Shown: positions 29,458-40,189, counted from the first letter of the stretch. The stretch: DNA of 64,000 nucleotides from Thermoplasmatota archaeon (GCA_018818785.1 JAHIRF010000002.1:67122-131121), one strand, 5' to 3'. The notes: generated from the sequence alone by a model not told the origin. Numbers and translations: made by a program.

Positions 29458-30441
29458 TTGCGAGTGGCCGTGGGTGGGACGTTCAGCCTGATACACGGCG
29501 GCCATGAACTGCTGTTCGAGACCGCATTCTTGGTCGCAGACGAGGTGGAGGTAGGCCTTACATCGGACGAATTCGCCAAGTCAACGCGAAAGATCCCGGT
29601 AGCCCCATACTTCCAGCGCAAGGTCAAGCTGATTAGATTCCTTGAACGCTTTGGAAAACCTTTTGAGATCATCATGATCACGGACGAATTTGGCACGGCC
29701 GCAACTTCGGAGCGCCTCGATGGCATCGTCGTCTCCCCTGAGACCAAACACAACGCGGAGTCAATCAATGCTGCAAGGAAGACAAACGGTCTCAAAGCTC
29801 TCAAGGTCTTCTGTATACGATCGGTCAAGGCAGAGGATTCTATGCCAATCAGTTCCACGAGAATCATGGACGGTGAGATCGATAGGGATGGACACTTGCT
29901 ACGTCCGCTGAGAGTGGTCGTGGGCTCGGTCAATAAGGTGAAAGTGGATGCCGTCAGGAACATTTTCACTCAAGCGTTCGGGCTTGTCGATGTCGTATCC
30001 ATAGATCCAGGAGACGATCTTATTCGGCAGCCAAAGGATGAAGAGGTGCTCCAGGGTGCGATGAAGCGAGCAGAGAATGCGATTTCGGTCGAAGGGGCGG
30101 ATTTCGGAGTTGGGATCGAGGCTGGTCTGCACATGAATCGCTATATGATGCGTCGATTGGACGTCCAATATTGTGTGGTGATCGATTCATCCCGTCGCAC
30201 GACGATTGGCCATGGACCCGGATTTGAGTATCCGCCGTCGGTGCTGAAGGCAGTTTCTGAGGGAAGGGCCGTAGGCGATGTGATGAGTGAGCTCACCGGG
30301 ATAGATCGGATAGGTCACAAATCCGGATCCGTAGGATACCTGTCGGATGGACTCATAGATCGGACATCGCTAACCGAGATCGCGGTCTTGATGGCAATCA
30401 TACCACGGATGAGGTGTGAGCTGTATTGTGAACCGGTCTAG
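29458..30441 (+). CDS. coaD: Phosphopantetheine adenylyltransferase fused to inosine/xanthosine triphosphatase (YjjX)
   Basis: GGTF..IHGGH, GLTSDEF, VVSPET, ISSTRI followed by GSVNKVK, GVGIEAG. Confidence 0.9.
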   Translation: MRVAVGGTFSLIHGGHELLFETAFLVADEVEVGLTSDEFAKSTRKIPVAPYFQRKVKLIRFLERFGKPFEIIMITDEFGTAATSERLDGIVVSPETKHNAESINAARKTNGLKALKVFCIRSVKAEDSMPISSTRIMDGEIDRDGHLLRPLRVVVGSVNKVKVDAVRNIFTQAFGLVDVVSIDPGDDLIRQPKDEEVLQGAMKRAENAISVEGADFGVGIEAGLHMNRYMMRRLDVQYCVVIDSSRRTTIGHGPGFEYPPSVLKAVSEGRAVGDVMSELTGIDRIGHKSGSVGYLSDGLIDRTSLTEIAVLMAIIPRMRCELYCEPV

Positions 30442-30686
30442 GATGCCTGCTCATCCTCGGATATAGAATCGAGATAATCTTCGGCTGATTCACAGTTGCC
30501 CTTGCCGACGCACCCGAAACGCGCATATTTCCTGCAATAATCTCCAGAAATGTCGTGATGCTCGCACAACTTGGATTCACGTACTATCTCGCAATGCTGT
30601 CGGATGCATGCATATCCCGAGTATTTCCCTTCGCACATGCCATTCTTGCTTAGGTGTTTGCAATGCAGGGCATCATCCCTCCTCAA
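30438..30686 (-). CDS. Small Cys-rich hypothetical protein
   Basis: 8 Cys; shares YCxKYxRFxCxGKxNC with the upstream ORF. Confidence 0.7.
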   Translation of the reverse strand: MRRDDALHCKHLSKNGMCEGKYSGYACIRQHCEIVRESKLCEHHDISGDYCRKYARFGCVGKGNCESAEDYLDSISEDEQAS

Positions 30687-30960
30687 ATCTCTTGAACAAT
30701 CTATCCTGATGCTGGCTGAAATGAGTCATGTATGAGTCTGGGGTTGCGCAATTGTCTTTCCCTGCACAGAAGAATCTTTTGTACTTCTCGCAATAGAGTC
30801 CAAGCCATTTGTCGGCACCGCATCCGGCATTCGATTGTGATACCACTCTCTTAGTGAGTATATTCATCTCGGAGAACTGGCACTTATTCTCACCGACACA
30901 TTCAAGGCTATCTATGTGGCGGTTAGCACAAGCTCCGCTAAGGTAGCTGTACTTACACAT
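30673..30960 (-). CDS. Small Cys-rich hypothetical protein (paralog of the downstream ORF)
   Basis: Start placed at MCKY; 8 Cys; YCEKYKRFFCAGKDNC. Confidence 0.7.
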   Translation of the reverse strand: MCKYSYLSGACANRHIDSLECVGENKCQFSEMNILTKRVVSQSNAGCGADKWLGLYCEKYKRFFCAGKDNCATPDSYMTHFSQHQDRLFKRFEEG

Positions 30961-31106
30961 TCGTTTCCCATCCCGTGTCCCGCAGGACAATACTGAATGT
31001 GCGTGAGCGCACATAAATGTATGTGGTATGTCGCATTTCATATCGGTGTTATCTCGAAACTGGGGAGGGCAGTTATGATCTGGATCCGTTGGTATATCCA
31101 GCTCCC

Positions 31107-33731
31107 TCAATATGAGGAGTGTTGGCTTTTGCGCTTTCTGAGTTGAGGCTTAGTCCTGTATTTGCCTGGAGGGATGTGAATGACGAACATCGCACACTCA
31201 CCAGCTGTTCCATTTTCAGATATCGTCATGCCGGTGATGCCCAGTATCTCCTTGGCCAAGTAAAGGCCATAGCCACGCTGTTCCCCGTCCATGGCGCTAT
31301 CTCTTTTGAAAATCGATGTCTTCTGCTCCACGGGGATTCCCATGCCATCGTCCTGGCAGATTATCCTCATGCCATCCCGATCACGCACGAAGGAGAATTT
31401 AATCTTCCTAACGACACCGCCATGTCTGATGGAATTATCGATCAAGTTGTAGAAGACCTTCTCGAGCATAGGGTCTGCAAACACTTCAAGGTCCCTCAAT
31501 TCGATGACAACGGAGACATTCTTCGTGTCCATGTTGCTCGCTGCTTTCTTGCAAGATGCTCTCACATCCACCCATTGCGGCCTCTTTGCTCCCATGTTCT
31601 GATAATCCCTGGCGAACTCCAGATGGTGCTTTATTGAATTCGTCGCCAGATAGAGCTTCTGCAGTGTCCCTGAGAGCTTCTCATCTCTCGCCTGCTCCCT
31701 GGCTAATTCGAGATAACCATATAGCACGGAAAGCTGGTTCAGGATATCGTGGCGAGTGATCTTTGCCAGTATGTCGATCTTTCGCCTGACTTGCTCTAGC
31801 GCGTCTTCGTAGTATCTTCTCTCAGTCTGATCAACTAGAGATATGACCATGCGCTCCGCGGTTGGAAGGGTCGATGCCGTCGCTATGAACGCCTTCTCAT
31901 TTCCGAATTTGTCCTTGGACCTGAACTCATATGATTGAATTGCTGACGCAGGATCATCCATTTTCTTCTTGCCAATGTCTATTAGTTTCTTGACATCGCG
32001 CTCAGCGAAGAAATCAGCTAAATTCATCTTTCCCTCGATATCTGATTTCTGGTAGCCAGAGATTCTCTCGAACTCCGAGTTGACCAGGATCACGATTGAA
32101 TCATTGTCCGCAATTATGAGCGAATCGCCGACCGTCTCGAAGATGGTCCTGTAACGTTCTTCGCTCTGGGTCAACTCCTTCTGTGCGAGCTTACACTTGG
32201 TGACATCGATGTGTGATACGACCGCGCCTCCCCGTTTCCTTTGGAGCGAGGTCACCTGCGCCGAGAACCATCTCTCTTCACCGTTGACATCGCCCGAGTA
32301 TTCGACGGAGAATGATTCCTTCTCTCCACCAAGGACTGATACTATGCCCTTGAGTATGGCGCGAGCATCTCTGACATCATTCGACGCCTTCTCACATTCG
32401 TCGAGATAATTCGCTCCCACTCCGACGCTGCCAGTGTCTCCCTTGTTCTGCCTAGCGAACATCCACCAACTGCGATTGACAGCGACGATGTCTCCTCTGC
32501 TGTCGAGTACGGCGATGTTTGCATCTAGTGAGTCAAGCACCGCACGATTGAACGCTCCGCTCTCTCTCAGTGCATCCTCGGCTCTCTTTCTTGCGGTGAC
32601 ATCCAGTCCCGCGCCGTTTATTTCAATGAGTTGGGTGCCATCCTCTGACCATAAATTGAACGAATTCCAGACGACCGTTCGTGTCTCACCATCCTTGGCC
32701 ATGAGAGTCATCTCGAAATCCTCAACTTCTCCCTCTTCGAATCGAAGCATGAGTGAGTCGACCTGGCTGCGGAGATCACCCGGATAGAACACATCCCACC
32801 AATTCTTGCCAATGAGCTCGGAAGGTTGGTAACCACTCAATGCTTCCACGTAATCGTTAACGAAGATAGTCTCGCCAGATGGAGACAACGTGCAGATGAG
32901 GTTGGGGGCGGTGACGACGAGTCTTCGGTACTGTGATTCAGATCTCCGGAGTTCCTCCTCGGCCTTCCTCTTCTGTGTGATGTCGTCTCCTATGCTTGCC
33001 GTGCCGATGGGATTCCCGTCACGGTCTCTGAGTGCTGTCGAGTCCCAGCTGATCAGGACTTTTCCTCCGTTCTTCGTATTCAGCAGGGTCTCATATTGGC
33101 TTCCTGCGGGATACATGCCGAGTTCCATCACCCGTCGCTGCTCTTCTCGAAACTCATCCCTCTTCTCTGGTGAGAGAAATATCTCGACGGCGTTTCGTCC
33201 CATGAGTTCATGCGTCTCATAGCCGACGATCCTGAGCAGATGGTCATTGCAGTATGTGATGTTGCTCTCCTTATCGAGGACGAGGGCGGCATGATGAATG
33301 TTTGCCAGCATGTTTCTGAATCGTCGCTCTGATTCCATCAGTTCCTGCCGGTCATGCAGCTTCTCGACAGATGATCTTATCATGTTAGCGAGTTCAGCGA
33401 ACTGAGACTTCGGGGCCCCTCCTTTCTGCAAATAGAAGCTGGCGCCGGAATTAAGCGCTTCTATAGCGACATCTTCCCTTCCCCTTCCCGTGAAGAGTAT
33501 GAATGGGATGTCATTCTTCTGCGCCCTCAGGGTCTTCAATAATTCTATGCCGTCCATCTCTGACATCTGATAATCGGAGACGACCGCATCTAAGCTTCCC
33601 GCGGATATCCTGTTGAGCGCTTCATTCGCGGATGTCGCAGTCTCGATTGCGAATTGACCCTGTTTCTCGAGAAAGAATCTGGCGAGCTCTAATAGTTGGG
33701 GCTCGTCATCGACGAGGAGTACACGGATCAA
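31107..33731 (-). CDS. Hybrid sensor kinase REC-PAS(x4)-HisKA-HATPase
   Basis: VDDE/SDYQM receiver, repeated PAS/PAC segments, RHDILNQL, NLIDNSIRHG, DDGMGI, GYGLYL. Confidence 0.93.
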   Translation of the reverse strand: MIRVLLVDDEPQLLELARFFLEKQGQFAIETATSANEALNRISAGSLDAVVSDYQMSEMDGIELLKTLRAQKNDIPFILFTGRGREDVAIEALNSGASFYLQKGGAPKSQFAELANMIRSSVEKLHDRQELMESERRFRNMLANIHHAALVLDKESNITYCNDHLLRIVGYETHELMGRNAVEIFLSPEKRDEFREEQRRVMELGMYPAGSQYETLLNTKNGGKVLISWDSTALRDRDGNPIGTASIGDDITQKRKAEEELRRSESQYRRLVVTAPNLICTLSPSGETIFVNDYVEALSGYQPSELIGKNWWDVFYPGDLRSQVDSLMLRFEEGEVEDFEMTLMAKDGETRTVVWNSFNLWSEDGTQLIEINGAGLDVTARKRAEDALRESGAFNRAVLDSLDANIAVLDSRGDIVAVNRSWWMFARQNKGDTGSVGVGANYLDECEKASNDVRDARAILKGIVSVLGGEKESFSVEYSGDVNGEERWFSAQVTSLQRKRGGAVVSHIDVTKCKLAQKELTQSEERYRTIFETVGDSLIIADNDSIVILVNSEFERISGYQKSDIEGKMNLADFFAERDVKKLIDIGKKKMDDPASAIQSYEFRSKDKFGNEKAFIATASTLPTAERMVISLVDQTERRYYEDALEQVRRKIDILAKITRHDILNQLSVLYGYLELAREQARDEKLSGTLQKLYLATNSIKHHLEFARDYQNMGAKRPQWVDVRASCKKAASNMDTKNVSVVIELRDLEVFADPMLEKVFYNLIDNSIRHGGVVRKIKFSFVRDRDGMRIICQDDGMGIPVEQKTSIFKRDSAMDGEQRGYGLYLAKEILGITGMTISENGTAGECAMFVIHIPPGKYRTKPQLRKRKSQHSSY

Positions 33732-33815
33732 GACTTATGCCTCCCTGATTTCGAACATCTATTGACGTTGTCATTGATGACAGGGGATATTATATTGTTG
33801 CAGGAGTGGATGGAG

Positions 33816-33902
33816 CGCTGAGGGGGAGATTTGAACTCCCGTGGTACGTAGTACCACCAACTCTCAAGGCTGGCGCCGTGAACCGGGCTTAGCTACCTCA
33901 GC
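33816..33902 (-). tRNA. tRNA-Ser(TGA)
   Basis: Acceptor GCTGAGG/CCTCAGC, anticodon arm CCAGC-CTTGAGA-GTTGG, long variable arm, TTCAAAT. Confidence 0.93.
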
Positions 33903-33918
33903 AGGTGATGATCCGTGG

Positions 33919-35574
33919 TCATTGTGATTCTCTTGCCCGGATGATCGACTCAAGGTCGAACTCAAACGCAGCGATCGGATAGCCGAGTTCGAACGACTCG
34001 ATCGTCAAAGGGGCCAGTTCTCCGAACACGCCCAGCAAACCTGAATCGTGCTTGATCGAAGCGCACCTGCCATCGGCAAATGCCTGATTATCCAGCTTCT
34101 CGACGGTCACCATGAGGTCAAGAGCCGTCATCAATGATTGTATGTCTGATTTGCATTCAGTGAAGCTCGCTTTGGCATGTATGGATGCCCCTGACAGATA
34201 TGTCACGTTCCTGTGATCCCGGACAGTATCGCCAATCTCGAAGACCCTCTGCGGAAGTTCACGGTGCTTGTTCTTCTTGAGCATGGTCAATATGCTCGGT
34301 ATGAGTGATGTACGTATCTGCACATGGTCCTCGCTAACGGGGTTCATGATCCGGATAGCGTCGTCACGGACAGGCTGTCCCATGAATTCGTATTGATCCC
34401 TTGGATTCGAAAGGGATAGGGTTACGATCTCGAGATATCCAAGCCCGGTCAGTATGGGCCGTACCCTTGAAGAGAATCCGATAGTTGGGTCCTCAATTCC
34501 GAAAGTCGCCTTCCTTGGGAGTTCGGCCCCGAATTTGTCGAAGCCGTATCCGATGGCGACGTCCTCTGCGAGGTCCGCGGGATGGATGATATCTGCTCTG
34601 TAGGCCGGGATGAGGATCTGGAGCCCATCATCCCCTGATGTGGCACCGTAGCCCATCCTTCTGAGGCAATCTACCATTCCTTTGGCATCCAAGTCGATCC
34701 CTATGAGGTGGTTGACATAGTCTATTTCGAGGTTCATCATCCTCGGCTCGAGATTGGGTGCGCTGGCGCTGCTGCCACCCTGTTGCATGGAGACTGATTT
34801 GATGTTTCCGCCACGCTCCGCGAGAGCTGTCGCGATGATGTTCACTGCAGCCATGACTGCATTCGCGTCGGTCCCTGTGCAATCGACGAAGATATCTCTC
34901 GTATTCTCCGTGACTGCGGTAGTGATCCCATTTATTATTGGCGGGAATGAGAGCACCTTCCCGTCTCTGTCCAGGATTATCGGGTACTTGTCCTTGCCAT
35001 CCAGGACGAACGCGTATGCCTTGCCCTTCTCGTGTTCTTCGAGGATCTCCTTTAGATTCATCTCTCGAGAACCCTGCAGTGGCATGAACGTTATCTCGTC
35101 TGGTCTCACCGCTTTGTATGTGAATGGCGGCTTCACTTCTTTGATGTCGTGAAGCCCTATGGCAACCTTTTTTCTGTTACGTCCGAGGGTTATGTGCAGC
35201 TTCTCCTGCAGGTCCATCATGGAGCGTATCAATGCGTCATCTATTCGATTCCCCTCTACGACCGCCGTCCATATAAATGGCCGAACGTCGTCCACGCTCG
35301 GGTCGACAAGGACCGAGAGATCCGAACGGGTAACAGGATATGATTTGAGGCCGATTTCTTTGCCAAGAAATGCTCGAAGTGCTCTCGCGATTCCTTCCAC
35401 TGAGTAGAGGTCAGGTCGATCCGGAAAGAACTCGAAGGAGACATCATCCGATCCCTCATCGACTGAGTTGAGGTCCGCACCCATCATGGGCAGCTTCTCT
35501 CGAAGTGTCTGCCTGGAGACCTGCATCCCGAGCAGGCGACATAGATCGGAATAGCTGAAATTGATTACTGGCAT
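33919..35574 (-). CDS. pheT: Phenylalanine--tRNA ligase beta subunit
   Basis: DRPDLYSVEGIARAL, QEKLH, SFPPIING, YRADIIHPADLAEDVAIGYG. Confidence 0.96.
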   Translation of the reverse strand: MPVINFSYSDLCRLLGMQVSRQTLREKLPMMGADLNSVDEGSDDVSFEFFPDRPDLYSVEGIARALRAFLGKEIGLKSYPVTRSDLSVLVDPSVDDVRPFIWTAVVEGNRIDDALIRSMMDLQEKLHITLGRNRKKVAIGLHDIKEVKPPFTYKAVRPDEITFMPLQGSREMNLKEILEEHEKGKAYAFVLDGKDKYPIILDRDGKVLSFPPIINGITTAVTENTRDIFVDCTGTDANAVMAAVNIIATALAERGGNIKSVSMQQGGSSASAPNLEPRMMNLEIDYVNHLIGIDLDAKGMVDCLRRMGYGATSGDDGLQILIPAYRADIIHPADLAEDVAIGYGFDKFGAELPRKATFGIEDPTIGFSSRVRPILTGLGYLEIVTLSLSNPRDQYEFMGQPVRDDAIRIMNPVSEDHVQIRTSLIPSILTMLKKNKHRELPQRVFEIGDTVRDHRNVTYLSGASIHAKASFTECKSDIQSLMTALDLMVTVEKLDNQAFADGRCASIKHDSGLLGVFGELAPLTIESFELGYPIAAFEFDLESIIRARESQ

Positions 35575-35647
35575 GGTCAATCTGCCATTCCGAGAAAAGT
35601 CGATGCGCATATAAAAGGTTATCAGGAATCATCGGCGAGTATCAAGA

Positions 35648-36937
35648 TCACTCGTCTTTTGGCGTTGATCGAATCGCGGTGATATTCGTTGATGTCGAGT
35701 TCGCTCCGGTCGCAGGCAGTCTCTTCTTATCTCTGACATATATGGCTATGATAGCCGTGGCGAGCGCGAGAGCTGCTGCCCCCACGATTATCGGTGCATC
35801 GTGGCTTATCCTGGCATATACGATGCTGAGTCCTGTGAGGCCCAGGATGTTGCCAATGCCTTGAACCGTCTGGTAAGCACCCATCACACGTCCTCTCTCC
35901 TCCTTCAGCATGGTATCTGCGAGAAGGGCGCCAACAGAGGGATTTGAGATCGCCGCCCCAAGCTCAGAGATGGCCATCAGGATATAGATGTGCATGACAT
36001 TTTCAGCGAATATCATTCCCGCCAGTCCCGTAGCCATGATGGCTCCACCTATTAGAATGAAGGGGACTCTTCCATGCTTGTCTGATAAAGTCCCGAAGTA
36101 GAGCGTACCCGCGGCCATGACCGCGGTCCCGATGGACATCGCGATGCCCACCTCCGTCAGGGACATGCTTATCTCATCGTACCAATACAGAATCAGGCCG
36201 AGCATGAACAGTCCTTGGACGATGCCCATGACCAATCCGCGGACTGTAAGGGCGATGAGAGTTCGATTGGCCTGCACATTTCTCTTCCACGCGCCGAACA
36301 TTGTGAACAGTGATGGATGCTCATCGCTCTGCGACCTAGCAGGTTCCTTAATAGAGCTGACGATGATCGCGCACAGCACCGATAGTCCGGCGCCCAGGTA
36401 GAACGGATAGATGAAATTGATCTCTCCTGCGATGTATCCCCCTATCGCAGGTCCTGCGAAGATGCCAATCATCTGGACCGTCCCTTCGATGCCCATTGCC
36501 GTGGCCCTTTTGTCTTCGGGGACGATGTCTATTGTTAGAGCAAATGTCGCTGGGGCAACCATTGCAGCCCCAACCCCTTCGATTGCTCGCAAGACTGCGA
36601 ACTGGAGAGCGTCGGTCACGAATGCAAGACCAAATGTGGTGACGCTGAAGACTATGAGCCCACCTATTATCATCTTCTTTCTTCCGACCTTGTCCGCCAG
36701 GTATCCAGATGGAGGTAGCGCGAGCACCAATGCCACGAAATAAAGGGCGAATATGCCTCCCATGGCGCCGTCGGTTATGCCGAGGTTCCTAGCCAATTCC
36801 GGCATGATCGGGGCGAGGAGGCCAAAGCCCAGGCTTACGACAACGAGTGCCGACATTAGTATTGAGAAGTCCCTAGTCAGTAGCCCTGACTTTCTCAATC
36901 GGTCCCTTATTCCGGGTTTGCCGCGATCATCTGCCAT
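35648..36937 (-). CDS. MFS transporter
   Basis: GYLADKVGRK and GTLSDKHGR motif A; about 12 TM helices. Confidence 0.93.
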   Translation of the reverse strand: MADDRGKPGIRDRLRKSGLLTRDFSILMSALVVVSLGFGLLAPIMPELARNLGITDGAMGGIFALYFVALVLALPPSGYLADKVGRKKMIIGGLIVFSVTTFGLAFVTDALQFAVLRAIEGVGAAMVAPATFALTIDIVPEDKRATAMGIEGTVQMIGIFAGPAIGGYIAGEINFIYPFYLGAGLSVLCAIIVSSIKEPARSQSDEHPSLFTMFGAWKRNVQANRTLIALTVRGLVMGIVQGLFMLGLILYWYDEISMSLTEVGIAMSIGTAVMAAGTLYFGTLSDKHGRVPFILIGGAIMATGLAGMIFAENVMHIYILMAISELGAAISNPSVGALLADTMLKEERGRVMGAYQTVQGIGNILGLTGLSIVYARISHDAPIIVGAAALALATAIIAIYVRDKKRLPATGANSTSTNITAIRSTPKDE

Positions 36938-37181
36938 CGTGATTCACAATCGTGTACTTGATTCTTGAACGAATCGGTCATTTGTGACCATGACTCGAGC
37001 TCGAAATCGGTAATGGGGCGTATTTCCATCTTCGCTAATAAAACATGCGTTTTAACAGTAAAATCTGCCTTGTCATGACCTTAATTCTCATGATTTGGAT
37101 TCTGATGGAAAAATATAAGCACCCTCATTTAGAATCGGATGGTATAGAAATGATATATCCTGCTCGCAGCTGGGGCTCGAA

Positions 37182-38234
37182 ATGATTAAGGATAAAGTCG
37201 AGATTGGAATACCTGGCATCGATGAGATGCTTGAAGGCGGACTGATCCCCGCCCGGCCATACATAGTGTCTGGTACAGCTGGCACGGGCAAGACTGCAAT
37301 TGCCATGCGTTTCCTCATGGAGGGCGCCATGAACGGCGAACAGGTACTGTACGTGGCTATAGACGAACCCCCTAACGAGGTGAAGGCTAACATGACCTCG
37401 TTCGGGTGGGACATCTCAAAGATCTTCGTTTTCGATGGGACGCCTGACGTTCTGAGCTACGATAAGACTCCCGTCAGGGATATTTCGACTGAGAGGCGGG
37501 TCGTGATGTTCAGAGACCTGCCAGAGAACATAAGACAAACATCCGTGAAAGGTCCTTCGGATATGACGATAAACACCATTCAGGAACTTCTGAAACAGGA
37601 GATGAAGATCAGAAAATACTCACGCGTCGTAGTCGACTCGGTCACATCTCTTAGGCGGTTCTATATCCGCACCAGTGAGGAGTATCTGATCCTCCAATCA
37701 TTCTTCCGATTGCTGTCCGACCTCGGGATAACGACCATCCTGACGGTGGAGCTGCCTGAGATATCCAAACCCGATGCAGAGTCGCACATGGCAAGGGGCG
37801 AGGTCAGGTTGTACAAATGGTTTGACGGGCGAGGTCTCGTGAGAGGCGTCACCATCGAGAAATACAGAGGGTCGTCCCACGACTCCTCAATGCGATCTTT
37901 GAAGCTAGACGATACTGGCGTCCATGTCAAAGTAACCACACTGAAGAAGAAGGAGAAACCGAAGGACGAAGAGGAGGAATCCGCCGCTGCCACGGATGAC
38001 GCTGGAGATGTGGATGCGACTGAGGGTGTGGTTGAATCTCCTGAGGTCACAAGGCCGGCATCCAAACCTTCGAATAACGAACCGCCCGCTCCTCCAGAGG
38101 ATGGAGCGCCTCCACTGGAGGTCGTTCCTGAGGAGCTGCCCCCTCCGCCAGAGGATAAGATCCTTCCCGTATCGCCATCACCCGAGCGAATGGATGCCCC
38201 ATCTGGAGGTGGAGACCTAGATGGCTCAAGATAA
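37182..38234 (+). CDS. KaiC/RAD55-like RecA-superfamily ATPase with acidic Pro-rich tail
   Basis: GIPGIDEMLEGG, GTAGTGKT, VVVDS, EKYRGSSH. Confidence 0.9.
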   Translation: MIKDKVEIGIPGIDEMLEGGLIPARPYIVSGTAGTGKTAIAMRFLMEGAMNGEQVLYVAIDEPPNEVKANMTSFGWDISKIFVFDGTPDVLSYDKTPVRDISTERRVVMFRDLPENIRQTSVKGPSDMTINTIQELLKQEMKIRKYSRVVVDSVTSLRRFYIRTSEEYLILQSFFRLLSDLGITTILTVELPEISKPDAESHMARGEVRLYKWFDGRGLVRGVTIEKYRGSSHDSSMRSLKLDDTGVHVKVTTLKKKEKPKDEEEESAAATDDAGDVDATEGVVESPEVTRPASKPSNNEPPAPPEDGAPPLEVVPEELPPPPEDKILPVSPSPERMDAPSGGGDLDGSR

Positions 38235-39057
38235 ACACAACAGGATGAGCACCGGCATATCGGGGATGGATGATATGCTGAAGGGTGGGCTGATAGCAGG
38301 ACGTCCGTACGTGGTGGCGGGCACCACAGGCAGCGGCAAGACCACATTTAGCATTCAATTCCTTCAGCAGGGGGTCAGACAGGGCGAGAGGGCCCTTTTC
38401 GTGTCGATAGACGAGCCGCCGTCTGAACTTCGGGAGAATGTCCGTTTCCTGGGGTGGGATGTGGGGAAGATACGGATACTTGACGTGCATCCTACTGCGA
38501 AGGCATACAATAGGAAGGATTCGCTCGTGGAAGTCGGCGCACAGAGGAGTGTGGGATCACTCCGCGAGGCTCGGCAGGATGCTCGCGCGGAGGCCATGAA
38601 ACAGGTCTCACCAGACCTGTCTCCTCAATCGCTCCAGATGATGCTCCGGCAGGAACTGCAGGAAGTAAGATACTCTCGAGTCGTCATCGATTCAATAACT
38701 TCATTGAAGCGCCTATCCGGTGGGGACGACGATGTGGATATGGGAATCATGTCATTGCTGAGGTTCCTTTCCGAGTCAAATGTGACATGTATCCTGATCA
38801 CGGACATGCCTGACCCTACGTCAATGGAACCCGAGACACTCATGGCGAGAGGTATGATTAGGTTCCACAAGCTCATGGTCGCGTCAAAGGCCGAGAGGTT
38901 CGTGACAATCGAGAAATTCAGAGGATCGGCACATGACACTCAACCCCGACCGATGAACATCACACGGAACGGGATTATCGTGGACTCTCACAAGAAGGTT
39001 CCAAAATCGATTCTGAAAATAATGCAGGCGGTCCCTTCATGGGATGCGAGGATATGA
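38221..39057 (+). CDS. KaiC/RAD55-like RecA-superfamily ATPase
   Basis: STGISGMDDMLKGG, GTTGSGKT, VVIDS, EKFRGSAH. Confidence 0.9.
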   Translation: MAQDKHNRMSTGISGMDDMLKGGLIAGRPYVVAGTTGSGKTTFSIQFLQQGVRQGERALFVSIDEPPSELRENVRFLGWDVGKIRILDVHPTAKAYNRKDSLVEVGAQRSVGSLREARQDARAEAMKQVSPDLSPQSLQMMLRQELQEVRYSRVVIDSITSLKRLSGGDDDVDMGIMSLLRFLSESNVTCILITDMPDPTSMEPETLMARGMIRFHKLMVASKAERFVTIEKFRGSAHDTQPRPMNITRNGIIVDSHKKVPKSILKIMQAVPSWDARI

Positions 39058-39094
39058 TCGGACGCATTCCAAATCCTAGAGTTTTTAGGGGAGA

Positions 39095-40189
39095 TTGGCC
39101 CTTGCGGTCGCCATGAAGAGTCAGTCTGTCGGGGGCCTTCCGATAGTCGAGGTGTCTGGCAAGCCGTACGACCTTGGTAAACAGGCAGGTTCGAAATGCG
39201 CGAAGAGGGCACGCGTCTACAAAGACGCGATTTCTCAGACCATCCTGCATTCGACCGGGATGTCGTGGGATAAAGCGGTCAGGAGAGCGAAGCTGTACCT
39301 GCCTCATGCGGAAGGATTCTACCCTGATTTCATAGAGGAGATCAAAGGCTATTCTGATGGGGCAAGGATACTTTTCGAAGACACGTTTGTACTTTGTTGT
39401 CACGAGTTGCTGAACCCGCTGGGGTTCCGAGGGTGCACAGATGTCGCTACGAACGGGGACGTGACTAAGAACGGCGATGTCCTCATTGGCCACAATGAGG
39501 ACTGGTCAGAGAATCAACTCGAGACTGTAGTGCTGCTTCACGCGCGCCCTAGCACGAAGCCATCATTCGTCGCTACCTCATATGCAGGGCTTGTGCCCTC
39601 CTCCGGGATGAACAGCAGCGGGATCAGCCTTACGGGAAACGCTCTGAATCCCAACGATACGAGGGTCGGCATACCGAAGCTATTCCCGGTGAGAAAAGCC
39701 CTCGAAGCAAGGCGGATCGGCGAGGCGGTCGAATATGCGATGCCTTCAAACCGCGCATCGAGTTACAACAATATCTGCTCGGACAAGAACGGGGAGATAT
39801 ATTCTCTAGAAGGCTCGGCAACCGATTATGCATGTATGTATGCAATCGATGGATACCTCGTCCACGCGAATCATTACGTGACGGAGAAGATGTCTCGCTT
39901 TGAACAGTACCCTAATTCCCTAGCGTGTTCTCTGGTGAGATACCATCGTGCGCTGAGGTTGATCGAGGCTCAGCTAGGCGAGGTCACGGTCGATTCGATC
40001 ATATCAATCTTCAGGGACCATGTGGGCAAGCCAGGGTCAGTATGCAGGCACGCCGACCCGAAGGAGCATCCCCTGGATGTGTCTGAGACGATATTCTCCG
40101 TGATATATGATTTGACCAGCCTTCGTGCGCATGTCTGCAGGGGGAAGCCATGCACGGGTTCCTATGGATCATTCGACCTCAATGGATGA
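39095..40189 (+). CDS. C45 family autoproteolytic acyltransferase/peptidase
   Basis: GCT nucleophile site, HNEDW, GMNSSG, HANHY. Confidence 0.88.
   Translation: MALAVAMKSQSVGGLPIVEVSGKPYDLGKQAGSKCAKRARVYKDAISQTILHSTGMSWDKAVRRAKLYLPHAEGFYPDFIEEIKGYSDGARILFEDTFVLCCHELLNPLGFRGCTDVATNGDVTKNGDVLIGHNEDWSENQLETVVLLHARPSTKPSFVATSYAGLVPSSGMNSSGISLTGNALNPNDTRVGIPKLFPVRKALEARRIGEAVEYAMPSNRASSYNNICSDKNGEIYSLEGSATDYACMYAIDGYLVHANHYVTEKMSRFEQYPNSLACSLVRYHRALRLIEAQLGEVTVDSIISIFRDHVGKPGSVCRHADPKEHPLDVSETIFSVIYDLTSLRAHVCRGKPCTGSYGSFDLNG

Noticed and set aside
29458-30441. PPAT-YjjX fusion as a novelty
   Set aside because: This bifunctional fusion is already known from Thermoplasmata.
33816-33902. Possible selenocysteine or suppressor tRNA
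   Set aside because: The anticodon is UGA, which reads UCA (Ser); tRNA-Sec would have anticodon UCA and a longer acceptor stem.
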